Below, piece after piece: positions 21,614-31,751 of a stretch of 64,000 nt of DNA; the stretch's first letter is position 1, and each line of letters begins with the position of its first letter. The notes under the pieces were generated by a model. That model was given only the letters and a program-made list of their open reading frames with translations. It was not told the DNA's origin and did no database searches. The stretch covers positions 1 to 64,000 of the forward strand of contig OY781089.1 of assembly GCA_963676565.1 (NCBI GenBank), given 5' to 3'. Made by a program: the position numbers and the translations under genes. This DNA is from Halarcobacter sp. (GTDB lineage: Bacteria; Campylobacterota; Campylobacteria; Campylobacterales; Arcobacteraceae).

Positions 21614-21638
21614 TCATAAAAAAATTTGGAGTCAATAT

Positions 21639-24116
21639 TTGAGAATTGTTGTTTTTATATTATTAGTTTTTAATACCCTCTGGGCAAATCAATCTATTCT
21701 AACTAAAGAGGAACAAGATTGGATTAAAAACAACACTTTAAAAGTTGGAATCACAGACCTTTATCCCTTAAGTTATCTTACAAAAGACTATCAAAGAGCT
21801 GGTTTTGCAAATGATATCTTAGCACTTATAATAAAAAAATTCCAAATAAAAAATAGAACAATTGATATTGACCAAGGGAATATTGAATTTGCCTTTGAAA
21901 ATGGTGAAATTGATTTAATTCCGTTAATAAACAACTCTAAAGTTGAGAATGACATTGGAGTATACTCTTCAGAGATTTTAGAAATCAAAAGAGTTTTGTT
22001 TGTAAAAAAAGAGCAAAATGATATAAATTCTATTAGTGATTTAAAACATAAAAAAGTTGCTATTATAAATCAAGCAGGTAATATCTCACATATTTCAACT
22101 AAATATCCCAACATAAAACTAATCGAAACAAAAAATATGGAAGAGTCTGTAAGTTTACTTTTAGAAGGAAATGTTGAAGCATTAATCTCTTCACCAATTA
22201 TTGTTCAAAAATATTTAGAAGATAATCTACTAATTGGTTTAAAAGCTATGCCTTTAATTATTTTTGAACCTACAAATTTGTATTACTTTACAAAAAAGAG
22301 TGAACCTGAACTTCAATCTATTATAGAAAAAGGTTTAAATCAAATAACTATCAAAGAGAGAAAAGAGTTATTTGATAAATGGTTTTTAAAAGATTTAGCT
22401 GATTTACCATTAATATTTACAAAAGAAGAGAAAACCTATTTACAAAAAAAGAGTGCAATTAATATGTGTGTTGATCCAGACTGGATGCCCTATGAAAAGA
22501 TAGAAAACCATAAACATGTTGGTATTGTTGCAGATTATATGAAAGGGTTTCAAGAAAAAATTGGTGTTCCTTTAAAGCTTGTAGAAACAAAAAACTGGAG
22601 CCAATCTTTAGAATATGTTAAAAATAGAAAATGTGATATTTTAGCTTTAGTAATGGATACCCCAAAAAGAAGAGAATATATGAACTTTACAAAACCATAT
22701 ATAACTACTCCTTTGGTGTTGGTTACAAAACGAACAGTTGCTTTTATAAGTGACTTAAAAACCCTAAAAAATAAAAAAATTGGTATCCAAAAAGATTTTG
22801 CATACAATGATATTATTAGAGAAAACTACCCAAATATTCAAGTAATAGACCAAAATCATTTAAGAGATGGATTAAAAAAAGTTGAAAGGGGTGAACTTTT
22901 TGGGCAAGTTACAACACACCTAAATGTTGCCTATGCTTTTCAAGAAGAGTTTTATGGAAGTTTACAAATCTCAGGTAAATTTGATGATGAATGGAGACTA
23001 TCTGTAGGGGTAAGAAATGATGACCCTATTCTTCTAAGTATTTTTGAAAAACTTGTTAGTTCAATTAGTGATGAGACTACTCAAAAAATTATGAATCATT
23101 GGGTGTCAATAAAATTTGAAAAAGTTTTTGATTACCAACTTTTTTGGAAAATATTAGTATTTTTTGTTTTTGTTCTTTCAGTTATTTTATACACATACTT
23201 TTTACAAAGAAAATATATTAGGAAATTAACAAGAGTAAAAGATGAGATACAGATGTTAAATAGTACTTTGGAAAAAAAAGTACAAAGTAGAACCAGTGAA
23301 CTTGAGCTTTCTAATAAAAAACTAAAAGATAAAACCCATGAACTTGAAGATTTGAACAATACCTTAGATATTAAGATAAAAAAAGAGATTGATAATAGAA
23401 AAAAACAAGAACAACTTTTAATCCAACAAAGTAAACTAGCGGAAATGGGAGAGATGATCTCTATGATTGCTCACCAATGGAGGCAACCACTAAGTGCATT
23501 AAGTACAATTATTCAAAATATTCACCTTAGATATTCCCTTGAAAAATTAGATCAGGATTATCTGAATAAGCAGATGGAATTAAGTAATGCTCTAACAGAT
23601 AAAATGTCTAAAACCATAGATGATTTTAGAAACTTTTTTGAACCAAATAAAGAGAAAAAAGCTTTTTCAATTAAAGATGCTATACAAAAAACAATCTTCT
23701 TAATTGATGATAGTTTTAAAAGTAACAGTATAAAAATAGAATATCAAATTTTAGATGATGTTATTATGTATGGGTTTGAAAGTGAACTTTCACAAGTTTT
23801 ATTAAATATTCTTACAAACTCAAAGGATGCTTTTCTAGAAAAAGATATTCAAAGCCCAAAAATTTTAATAAAAACTAAAAAAGTTCAAACCCATATAAAA
23901 ATAATGATTTCTGATAATGCAGGTGGGATTAATGAATCAATTATAAATAAAGTCTTTGAGCCCTATTTTACTACAAAAGAGAGCTACAATGGAACTGGCC
24001 TTGGATTATACATGAGTAAAATCATTATTGAACAAAATATGAAAGGTCAATTAAGTGTAAAAAATATTCAAAATGGAGTTGAATTTACAATTTATATACC
24101 ATTGAAAATAAATTAA
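21639..24116 (+). CDS. Sensor histidine kinase with two periplasmic substrate-binding (Venus flytrap) domains
   Basis: Signal peptide, two PBP-type repeats (LTKEEQDWIK.., FTKEEKTYL..CVDPDWMPYE), one TM, coiled coil, AHQWRQPL, GTGLGL. Confidence 0.9.
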   Translation: MRIVVFILLVFNTLWANQSILTKEEQDWIKNNTLKVGITDLYPLSYLTKDYQRAGFANDILALIIKKFQIKNRTIDIDQGNIEFAFENGEIDLIPLINNSKVENDIGVYSSEILEIKRVLFVKKEQNDINSISDLKHKKVAIINQAGNISHISTKYPNIKLIETKNMEESVSLLLEGNVEALISSPIIVQKYLEDNLLIGLKAMPLIIFEPTNLYYFTKKSEPELQSIIEKGLNQITIKERKELFDKWFLKDLADLPLIFTKEEKTYLQKKSAINMCVDPDWMPYEKIENHKHVGIVADYMKGFQEKIGVPLKLVETKNWSQSLEYVKNRKCDILALVMDTPKRREYMNFTKPYITTPLVLVTKRTVAFISDLKTLKNKKIGIQKDFAYNDIIRENYPNIQVIDQNHLRDGLKKVERGELFGQVTTHLNVAYAFQEEFYGSLQISGKFDDEWRLSVGVRNDDPILLSIFEKLVSSISDETTQKIMNHWVSIKFEKVFDYQLFWKILVFFVFVLSVILYTYFLQRKYIRKLTRVKDEIQMLNSTLEKKVQSRTSELELSNKKLKDKTHELEDLNNTLDIKIKKEIDNRKKQEQLLIQQSKLAEMGEMISMIAHQWRQPLSALSTIIQNIHLRYSLEKLDQDYLNKQMELSNALTDKMSKTIDDFRNFFEPNKEKKAFSIKDAIQKTIFLIDDSFKSNSIKIEYQILDDVIMYGFESELSQVLLNILTNSKDAFLEKDIQSPKILIKTKKVQTHIKIMISDNAGGINESIINKVFEPYFTTKESYNGTGLGLYMSKIIIEQNMKGQLSVKNIQNGVEFTIYIPLKIN

Positions 24117-24144
24117 CTTTATTTTTAATATTAAATAAAAAAAC

Positions 24145-24174
24145 CACTTTTTGACTACTCTTTTAAGCAATAAT
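24145..24174 (+). promoter_or_regulatory. Direct-repeat promoter motif upstream of the glutamate-synthase-like gene
   Basis: CACT-N7-TACT-N9-AATAAT. Confidence 0.55.
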
Positions 24175-24202
24175 TCTTGGATTAAATTTTCAGGAATAAA
24201 AT

Positions 24203-25924
24203 ATGGATACATGGATTTTAGTTTTAGTTATCTTCTCTATGATAATCTTTATGTGGTACATTCACGACAAATATGTACAAAGAAAACATCAAATTTTAGT
24301 TAATTATCCAATAATAGGGAGACTAAGGTTTGTTTTCCAAGAGTTCAGGGAGCCATTTAGACAATACTTTGGTGATGAAAAGTTTTATGAGTCTATGGAT
24401 AAACTTGACTGGGTTTATAATGCAGCTAGGGATAAAACAAATTTTGCTTCTTTTTCTCCTGCTCAACCAATGCAAAAACCAAAACTAATGTTAAAACATA
24501 CAAATATTGTTTTAAATGATGATGAAGTTGAAACTGATTTTTCAATTACCTTTGGGGAAGAAAGAAAACAACCATTTTATGCTAAGTCATTGATAGGAAG
24601 AGGCCCTATGAGTGATGGTTCCATTTCACCTGAAGGAACTAGAGCCTTCGTTCTTGGTGCAAAAGAGGGACACTTCCCAATTAATTCAGGTGAAGGTGGT
24701 TTAACTTCAAACTTTTTTGTAAGTCATAGTAACTATGATACAAGATATATGAAAGAGGTAAAAGGTACACCTTTTGAAGAAAAAATATTCAAAATTTGTA
24801 AAATCTTATTTAATGTTCCTGTTGCTATAGACTTTTATAGAAAAATAGTTTTTAGAAAAGATCCCTTAGCTGATACATATGTTTTTAATAAAGATAAAGA
24901 GTGTTTTTATAGACCAAATTGGGATGCACCTTTAGATGTTTTTCCTAAAAATGTTCCAGATGATATACCTGATATTATTTTACAAATAAGTTCTGGTTTT
25001 TATGGAGTTAGAGACAAAGAGGGTAACTTTGATATTGAACGATATAAAAAACAAATGAGTTTTTGTCGTATGACTGAGATTAAAATTGCCCAAGGTGCAA
25101 AACAAACTGGGGGTAAACTTATTGCTTCAAAAGTAACTCCAACTATTGCTTATTATAGAAATATTGAACCTAATAAAGATGCTTTTTCTCCTAATAGATT
25201 CCCTTATGCTAAATCATATGAGGAGTTATTTGATTTTATTGGAGAGCTTCAAGAAGCTTCTTCTAAACCTGTAGGGATTAAAATAGTAATCTCTGATAAT
25301 GATAATATTGTACCTATTGCAAAAGAGATAAAAAGAAGAGTTAATTTAAATCTTCCATATCCAGATTATATTTCTATTGATGGTGGAAGTGGAGGAAGTG
25401 CTACAGCTCCACTTGAAATGATGGAAAGAATTGGAATGGATATTAGAGATGCCATTTATTTAGTTGATAAAGTATTAAAAGAGTATGAAATTAGGGATAA
25501 AGTAAAAATTAGTGCAAGTGGTAAGATATTAACCCCTGATGATGTAATTATTACTTTATGTCTTGGTGCTGATTTTATACAAATAGCAAGAGGTTTTATG
25601 ATGAGTGCTGGTTGTATTAGAGCTAGATATTGTTCTGGAGCTAGTAAACACCAATGTCCAGTAGGACTTGCAACTCAAGATATTAAAAAAAGAAAACACT
25701 ATTTTGTAAAAAAACATTCAGATTATATAAAAAACTACCATAACAATATTCTAAAAAATATGAAAAGTTTATTAGCAGTTATGGGATTAAAAAATGTAAA
25801 TGAGTTAGATAAAGAGAAGTTAATCTTTTTAGATAGAGACTCTATCATTCATGATGATATTGAAAGTGTTTTTGAAAGAAGAGTTTTTAACAATAAACAA
25901 ACTAATAGTAGCCCGGTAAACTAA
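24203..25924 (+). CDS. Membrane-anchored FMN-binding glutamate synthase family protein
   Basis: N-terminal TM, MSDGSIS, NSGEGG, EIKIAQGAK, IDGGSGGSA, GCIRARYC..CPVGLATQ Fe-S motif; no amidotransferase domain. Confidence 0.88.
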   Translation: MDTWILVLVIFSMIIFMWYIHDKYVQRKHQILVNYPIIGRLRFVFQEFREPFRQYFGDEKFYESMDKLDWVYNAARDKTNFASFSPAQPMQKPKLMLKHTNIVLNDDEVETDFSITFGEERKQPFYAKSLIGRGPMSDGSISPEGTRAFVLGAKEGHFPINSGEGGLTSNFFVSHSNYDTRYMKEVKGTPFEEKIFKICKILFNVPVAIDFYRKIVFRKDPLADTYVFNKDKECFYRPNWDAPLDVFPKNVPDDIPDIILQISSGFYGVRDKEGNFDIERYKKQMSFCRMTEIKIAQGAKQTGGKLIASKVTPTIAYYRNIEPNKDAFSPNRFPYAKSYEELFDFIGELQEASSKPVGIKIVISDNDNIVPIAKEIKRRVNLNLPYPDYISIDGGSGGSATAPLEMMERIGMDIRDAIYLVDKVLKEYEIRDKVKISASGKILTPDDVIITLCLGADFIQIARGFMMSAGCIRARYCSGASKHQCPVGLATQDIKKRKHYFVKKHSDYIKNYHNNILKNMKSLLAVMGLKNVNELDKEKLIFLDRDSIIHDDIESVFERRVFNNKQTNSSPVN

Positions 25925-25935
25925 GGGCTACTTTT
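25907..25935 (+). terminator. Intrinsic terminator overlapping the gene end
   Basis: AGTAGCCC-N10-GGGCTACT-TTT. Confidence 0.6.
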
Positions 25936-26068
25936 AACCCCCCTCAATTCTTTATTTTCTACAAGTAACCACAAATGTCTATTATTTGGTACTTTGTATA
26001 GTTTTTAAACTATCAAAAAAAGCTTTTTTTTAAGCCTTTAAAAAAGATAAAAAAAGTGTTTAAATGGT

Positions 26069-26098
26069 TACTTTTTCACTACTCTTTTCCGTAATAAT
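26069..26098 (+). promoter_or_regulatory. Direct-repeat promoter motif upstream of gabT
   Basis: TACT-N7-TACT-N9-AATAAT; near copy of the 24145 element. Confidence 0.55.
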
Positions 26099-26267
26099 TA
26101 AGTAACTGAATTGTTCACATACAAAATTTAGAACATATAGTTACGTAATTTTCATGAACTCTTTTAGTCAAAAGGCTTTATATAAGTAGATATAAACTTT
26201 TGGATGAAAATGTATCATTTGAAAAATAAAACAAGCACAAAAGATAAATTTATTATAAGGGAAAGAA

Positions 26268-27572
26268 ATGGTTACTCCTATGAAAAAAACGGTTAACAAA
26301 GATTTGCAAGAAAGAAAAAACAAAGTATTTGCTAGAGGGCAAGGAAATGCTTATTCAAACTTTGTTGAGAAAGCAAAAAACGGAGAAGTATGGGATGTTG
26401 AAGGGAATAGATTTATTGACTTCGGTTCTGGAATAGCAGTGTGTAATACAGGACACTCACATCCAAAAATTATTGAAGCAGTTAAAAATCAAATTGAGAA
26501 TTTTTCTCATACATGTGTTATGGTTAACCCATATGAAGTTGCTGTTGAATTAGCTGAAAAATTAACTGCAATAGCTCCAGGTGAAAGTGAAAAAAAAGCT
26601 ATTTTTGTAACAACTGGTGCTGAAGCTGTTGAAAACTGTGTAAAAATTGCTAGAGCTCATACTGGAAGAAGAGGTGTGATTGCATTTAATGGTGGTTTTC
26701 ATGGTAGAACTAATATGACTATGGCTCTTACAGGAAAAACTATGCCTTATAAAAAAGGATTTGGACCATTTCCTGCTGAAATATATCACTTACCATATCC
26801 AACAAAACTTAATGGTACTAGCGTTAAAGATACTTTAACTGCATTAAAAAACCTATTTAAAGTAGATATTCTAGCTGAAGATGTTGCTGCAATTATTATT
26901 GAACCAATTCAAGGGGAAGGTGGTTTTTACCAAACTCCAGTAGAACTATTACAAGAGCTTAGAAGAATATGTGACGAAAATGGAATTGTATTAATCATTG
27001 ATGAGATTCAAACTGGATTTGCTAGAACAGGAAAAATGTTCAATATTGAATATGCTGGAATTGAACCAGATTTAATGACTATGGCAAAAGGTATAGCTGG
27101 TGGATATCCACTATCAGCAGTTGTTGGAAAAGCAGAAATTATGGATTCTCCAATCCCTGGTGGATTAGGTGGAACTTATGGTGGTTCTCCAGTTGGATGT
27201 GCAGCAGGACTTGCAGTATTAGAGATTATTGAAGAGGAAGATTTAATCAATAGAGCAAATCAAATTGGAGATATTTTCAATAGAAGATTAAACGAACTAA
27301 AAGACAAATACCCAGCATTAATTTCAGATGTAAGAAATAAAGGAGCAATGATTGCTTTAGAACTTATGATTGATGGTGATATAGAAAATCCAAATGCAGA
27401 GCTTACAAAAGCGATTACTGCAAATGCAGCAGAATATGGATTAATTCTTTTAGCTTGTGGATTTAATGCAAATGTAATTAGATTCTTACCTGCTTTAACT
27501 ATGAGTGATGAGACAGTTAATGAAGGTATTGACAAATTTACTGAGCTATTTGAAAGTTTAGTACAAAATTAA
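26268..27572 (+). CDS. gabT: 4-aminobutyrate:2-oxoglutarate transaminase (class III PLP aminotransferase; DavT activity possible)
   Basis: WDVEGNRFIDF, TGAEAVENCVKIAR, FHGRT, EPIQGEGG, DEIQTGFARTG, MAKGIAGG PLP Lys, GLGGTYGG. Confidence 0.9.
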   Translation: MVTPMKKTVNKDLQERKNKVFARGQGNAYSNFVEKAKNGEVWDVEGNRFIDFGSGIAVCNTGHSHPKIIEAVKNQIENFSHTCVMVNPYEVAVELAEKLTAIAPGESEKKAIFVTTGAEAVENCVKIARAHTGRRGVIAFNGGFHGRTNMTMALTGKTMPYKKGFGPFPAEIYHLPYPTKLNGTSVKDTLTALKNLFKVDILAEDVAAIIIEPIQGEGGFYQTPVELLQELRRICDENGIVLIIDEIQTGFARTGKMFNIEYAGIEPDLMTMAKGIAGGYPLSAVVGKAEIMDSPIPGGLGGTYGGSPVGCAAGLAVLEIIEEEDLINRANQIGDIFNRRLNELKDKYPALISDVRNKGAMIALELMIDGDIENPNAELTKAITANAAEYGLILLACGFNANVIRFLPALTMSDETVNEGIDKFTELFESLVQN

Positions 27573-27670
27573 TTTAAATTAAAACAGGGGGTGTATTTCT
27601 TAAAACATAAGAAACTTAAGTCTGCCAATTAAGGGTTAATTAAAAAATAAATTTAGGGAAGGAAAACAAA

Positions 27671-28693
27671 ATGAAATTATTTTCAAGTATAAAGAAAAGT
27701 TTAATGACAACATCTGTTGTTGCATTATTAGGTATTATGGGACTTGTTGATACTGCATCTGCAGCTCAAAACTGGAGGTTCTCAAACCTATACGGAAGAG
27801 GAACAGCATTTGGTGATTTATATCAACAATTAGCTAAAGATATTGAAAAAAATACAAATGGTGAAGTTAAAGTTCAAGTACTATTCTCAGGAGAAGGTGT
27901 TGGAACTTCAGGTCTTTTAGGTGCAACTAAATCTGGTCTTATTACTATGGCTGCTCCATTCCAATCAATGCATGCTGGTGAATTACCTGCAGGTGTAGTT
28001 GAAATTGGTTTACCAGGTGGTACAGCAGATACTGATGAATTATATAAACTTTTCCATGAAGATGGTTGGGATAAAATTCTTAAAAAAGCATACGGTTCTC
28101 AAGGTTTAGTATGGTTAGAGCCATATATTCAACCACCAGTATATATTATTACTAAAAAACCAATCGAATCAATTGCTGATTTCCAAGGTTTAAAAATTAG
28201 AGCTCCAGGTGCTTATGGTAAATTTTTAAGAAACTTAGGTGCTTCTCCTGTTTCATTAGCATGGAGTGAAATCTATACAAGTTTAGCTACTGGTGTTATT
28301 GATGGTTCTATTGGTTCTAATATGATTGACCACAGAGATGGAAACCACGTAGAAGTTGCTAAATATATGTATAAATTACCATTAGCAGGTGCACAAGTTT
28401 TACCAATCGTTGTAAATAGAAATGCTTGGAATAAATTAAGTGATGCAGCTAAAAAAGGTGTTTATGATGCAACTGTAACTCACGCTAAAAACCAATTAAC
28501 TATGTCTAAAAAATGGGAATCTGAAGCTGTTGCACAAATGGAAGCAAAAGGTCTTAAATGGTCTCCAGAGCCATCTGCAGCGGATAAAGAAGCTTGGGCA
28601 AAAGCAGGTGCTGGACTTTGGGATGAATATGCATCAAAAGATAAATACAGCAAAGAATTAATTGATGTATTAAAAAATAGACAAGCTAAATAA
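27671..28693 (+). CDS. dctP: TRAP transporter substrate-binding protein (DctP family)
   Basis: Signal peptide, DFQGLKIRAPG, EIYTSLATGVIDG. Confidence 0.9.
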   Translation: MKLFSSIKKSLMTTSVVALLGIMGLVDTASAAQNWRFSNLYGRGTAFGDLYQQLAKDIEKNTNGEVKVQVLFSGEGVGTSGLLGATKSGLITMAAPFQSMHAGELPAGVVEIGLPGGTADTDELYKLFHEDGWDKILKKAYGSQGLVWLEPYIQPPVYIITKKPIESIADFQGLKIRAPGAYGKFLRNLGASPVSLAWSEIYTSLATGVIDGSIGSNMIDHRDGNHVEVAKYMYKLPLAGAQVLPIVVNRNAWNKLSDAAKKGVYDATVTHAKNQLTMSKKWESEAVAQMEAKGLKWSPEPSAADKEAWAKAGAGLWDEYASKDKYSKELIDVLKNRQAK

Positions 28694-28715
28694 CCAAGTA
28701 TTAATAGGCTTTATT

Positions 28716-29255
28716 ATGTTTAAAAAATTCCTACAAAAATTTTGCATTACAATCGATACGATTATAATGTTGTTAGGAAAGGGGGCATCATTTTTGATGC
28801 CTGTCCTTGCCTTTATCGTTTCCTACGAGGTTGTTGCAAGATATTTATTTGATGCACCGACCATTTGGGCTTATGACTTATCCTTATTTCTATTTGGATA
28901 TATAGCAGCTTTAGGAGGAGCTTATGCTCAACAAAAAAGATCACATATTAATGTGGATATTTTGTATTTATTAGTTTCTCCTAAGGTTAAAAACATCTTC
29001 AACATCATCTCTTTTTCACTAGGGGTATTTTTCCTAGTTATTGTTTTTAAAATGGGTTTATTAAAATTTAATGAAGCTTTAGAGTTTGATTACAGAAGAC
29101 AAAGTGAATGGGCACCTGTAATGTGGCACTTTTGGCTTATGCTTTGTGTTGCAAGTTCAGTGTTTACCATGCAATTAATTAGAGATATTATTGATGAAGG
29201 TTATCAACTTTTTACAGGATCACCTTTAATTGAAAAGGATGTGCAAAATGATTAG
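28716..29255 (+). CDS. dctQ: TRAP transporter small permease
   Basis: YEVVARYLF.APTIWA, HINVDIL; four TM segments. Confidence 0.9.
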   Translation: MFKKFLQKFCITIDTIIMLLGKGASFLMPVLAFIVSYEVVARYLFDAPTIWAYDLSLFLFGYIAALGGAYAQQKRSHINVDILYLLVSPKVKNIFNIISFSLGVFFLVIVFKMGLLKFNEALEFDYRRQSEWAPVMWHFWLMLCVASSVFTMQLIRDIIDEGYQLFTGSPLIEKDVQND

Positions 29256-30576
29256 TGTTGAATTATTGACTATTGTTTTATTGTTTTTTATTTTAATCTT
29301 CTTTGCACTTGGTGCACCTGTAGGGTTAGCACTTGGTGGAATAGCAATGATGGTAGGTTACTTTACATGGGGAGATGGAATTTTTAATGTAATTCCAACA
29401 ACCGTTGAAGCAACTTTTTTTAGTTTTATTTTATTAGCTATTCCATTATATATCTATATGGGGCAACTACTAACCCATTCTGGTATCGGTGATGCTATGT
29501 TTAAAGCAAGTCAATTACTAATTGGTAGAATTAGAGGTTCATTAGCAATTAGTGTTGTATTTATCTGTTCTATGATTGGAGCGATGGTTGGTATTATTGG
29601 AGCTGGGATTATGAGTTCTGGAAGTATCGCATTAAGACCAATGCTAGATGCAGGTTATAATAAAAGATTAGCCCTTGGAACAATTATGGCTGGTGGAGCT
29701 TTAGGTATTTTAATTCCACCAAGTATTCCAATGATTATGTTCGCAGCTTCAACTCAAAACTCTGTAGGAAGAATGTTCCTTGGAGCAATGGTACCTGCAC
29801 TTATAACAATCATTTTACTTATTGCTTATATTGTAATTAGTTCTATAATTAAACCTGAAAATGCGCCATTACTTAGTGAAAACAATCCAGGTTTACCAAA
29901 ACTAAAAGGGAAAGAAAAACTAAGAGTATTTAGAGATGGTTTTCTTTCAATTGGATTAATTTTTGTTGTACTTGGAAGTATCATTAGTGGTATTGCTACT
30001 CCAACTGAATCAGGAGCTTTAGGTGTTGTAGGAGCTATTTTACTTGCAATATTCTTTAAAAGATTTAAACTAGAGATGATGAGAACAGTTGGACTTCAAA
30101 CTGGTATCTTAGTAAGTGTTGCTATGTGGATTATCTTAGGAGCTTCAGTATTTAGTAACTTCCACTTATTAATGGGTATTCAAGGTATGATTGCAGACTT
30201 TACTGGTGGTTTAGATTTACCTCCTATTATGATTATTATTATGTTCCAATTAATAATGCTTTTCTTAGGTTTTATTATTGATGAATTTATTATCGTATTG
30301 ATGTGTGCACCATTATTTACACCTATTGCTGTATCTTTAGGATATGACCCAATTTGGTTTGGTGTTTTAATGATTATTAATATTTTAATTGCTGTACAAA
30401 CTCCACCATATGGTTTTGCACTATTTTATTTAAAAGGGATTGCGCCACCAGAAGTTGGAATGGGTGAAATTTATAAATCAGTTACGCCATTTATTTTAGT
30501 TAATTTAACAGTTCTTATTATTTGTATGCTTTTTCCAGAGATTGTTCTTTGGCTACCAAATAAAGTAATGGGTTAA
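29248..30576 (+). CDS. dctM: TRAP transporter large permease
   Basis: LLAIPLY, LGILIPPSIPMI, ATPTESGA, DPIWFG, TPPYG; ATG 29248 after AAGGA. Confidence 0.92.
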   Translation: MISVELLTIVLLFFILIFFALGAPVGLALGGIAMMVGYFTWGDGIFNVIPTTVEATFFSFILLAIPLYIYMGQLLTHSGIGDAMFKASQLLIGRIRGSLAISVVFICSMIGAMVGIIGAGIMSSGSIALRPMLDAGYNKRLALGTIMAGGALGILIPPSIPMIMFAASTQNSVGRMFLGAMVPALITIILLIAYIVISSIIKPENAPLLSENNPGLPKLKGKEKLRVFRDGFLSIGLIFVVLGSIISGIATPTESGALGVVGAILLAIFFKRFKLEMMRTVGLQTGILVSVAMWIILGASVFSNFHLLMGIQGMIADFTGGLDLPPIMIIIMFQLIMLFLGFIIDEFIIVLMCAPLFTPIAVSLGYDPIWFGVLMIINILIAVQTPPYGFALFYLKGIAPPEVGMGEIYKSVTPFILVNLTVLIICMLFPEIVLWLPNKVMG

Positions 30577-30609
30577 AGATTAATTGACTAAATTTTAGGA
30601 AGGAAACAA

Positions 30610-31743
30610 ATGGAATTTTCATATTTAAACCCTACTCAAATTGAGTTTGGTCAAGGTAAAATTAGTAGTATATCTTCGCTGATTCCAAAAGATTATAAAG
30701 TATTATTTATATATGGCGGAGGAAGTATAAAAAGAAATGGAGTATATGACCAAGTAATTGATGCACTAGAAGGATACAAGTATTTTGAATTTAGCGGAGT
30801 AGAACCAAACCCAACAAAAGAGACTCTTGACAAGGCAATAAAACTTGCAAAAGATGAAAATGTAGATTTTATCTTAGCTGTTGGTGGGGGGTCTGTTATT
30901 GATGGAGCAAAATATGTTGCACACTCTTATTATTATGAAGGTGATGGATGGGATATTTTAGAAGGTAAATATATCTCTGAAAAAGCCTTACCAATAGGAG
31001 CAATTGTAACACTTGCTGCAACAGGAAGTGAATCAAATACAGGATCAGTTATCACAAAAGCCCAAACAAAAGAAAAAAGATTTTTTAGATCTGTTCACTC
31101 TTTTCCAAAGTTTGCTGTTATGGATCCTAGTGTATTAAAAAGTTTAGATGATAGACAAATTAAAAATGGTCTTGTGGACGCCTTTGTTCATACTTGTGAA
31201 CAATATTTAACTTATAAACAAGGGATGATAGCACAAGATAATTATGCAGAAGGTATTTTAAGAGGTCTTATCACTTTAGCTAATAATGTTGATAACAGAG
31301 ATGATTTATGGTATGCAAATCTTTTATGGTTAGCAAATCAGGCATTTAACGGTCTTATTGGTGCAGGGGTTACTCAAGATTGGGCTACACACTATATAGG
31401 ACATGAACTTACTGGATTATATGGGATAGATCATGCAAGAACCCTTGCTATTATTCAACCAAATCTATTTAGAGTATTAAAAGAGCACAAGGCAGGGAAA
31501 CTATTACAAATGGGTGAAAATGTATTTAGAATAGATACAACTGACCCAGATATTATTATCAATAAAATAGAAGAGTTATATAAGTCATTAGATATTGACT
31601 TAAAAATCTCTGATTATACAGATGATAAAGAGGTAAAAGAAAAAGTTATCCCATTACTTATAAAACACGGCTTTAGTAAACTAGGTGAAAACCAAATTGT
31701 TGATACTAATATTGTGGAAAAAGTACTTGATAAATCAATGTAA
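30610..31743 (+). CDS. Iron-containing alcohol dehydrogenase, YqhD-like
   Basis: NPTQIEFGQG, YGGGSIK, AVGGGSVIDG, TGSESN, DWATH..GHELT..IDHARTL. Confidence 0.88.
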   Translation: MEFSYLNPTQIEFGQGKISSISSLIPKDYKVLFIYGGGSIKRNGVYDQVIDALEGYKYFEFSGVEPNPTKETLDKAIKLAKDENVDFILAVGGGSVIDGAKYVAHSYYYEGDGWDILEGKYISEKALPIGAIVTLAATGSESNTGSVITKAQTKEKRFFRSVHSFPKFAVMDPSVLKSLDDRQIKNGLVDAFVHTCEQYLTYKQGMIAQDNYAEGILRGLITLANNVDNRDDLWYANLLWLANQAFNGLIGAGVTQDWATHYIGHELTGLYGIDHARTLAIIQPNLFRVLKEHKAGKLLQMGENVFRIDTTDPDIIINKIEELYKSLDIDLKISDYTDDKEVKEKVIPLLIKHGFSKLGENQIVDTNIVEKVLDKSM

Positions 31744-31751
31744 AAGGACTA

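Noticed and set aside
27573..27670. Shared G-run, hairpin, TAAGT layout in the leaders of both dctP genes (also 35410-35453)
   Set aside because: Stems are short, AT-rich and not alignable; insufficient for a conserved RNA element
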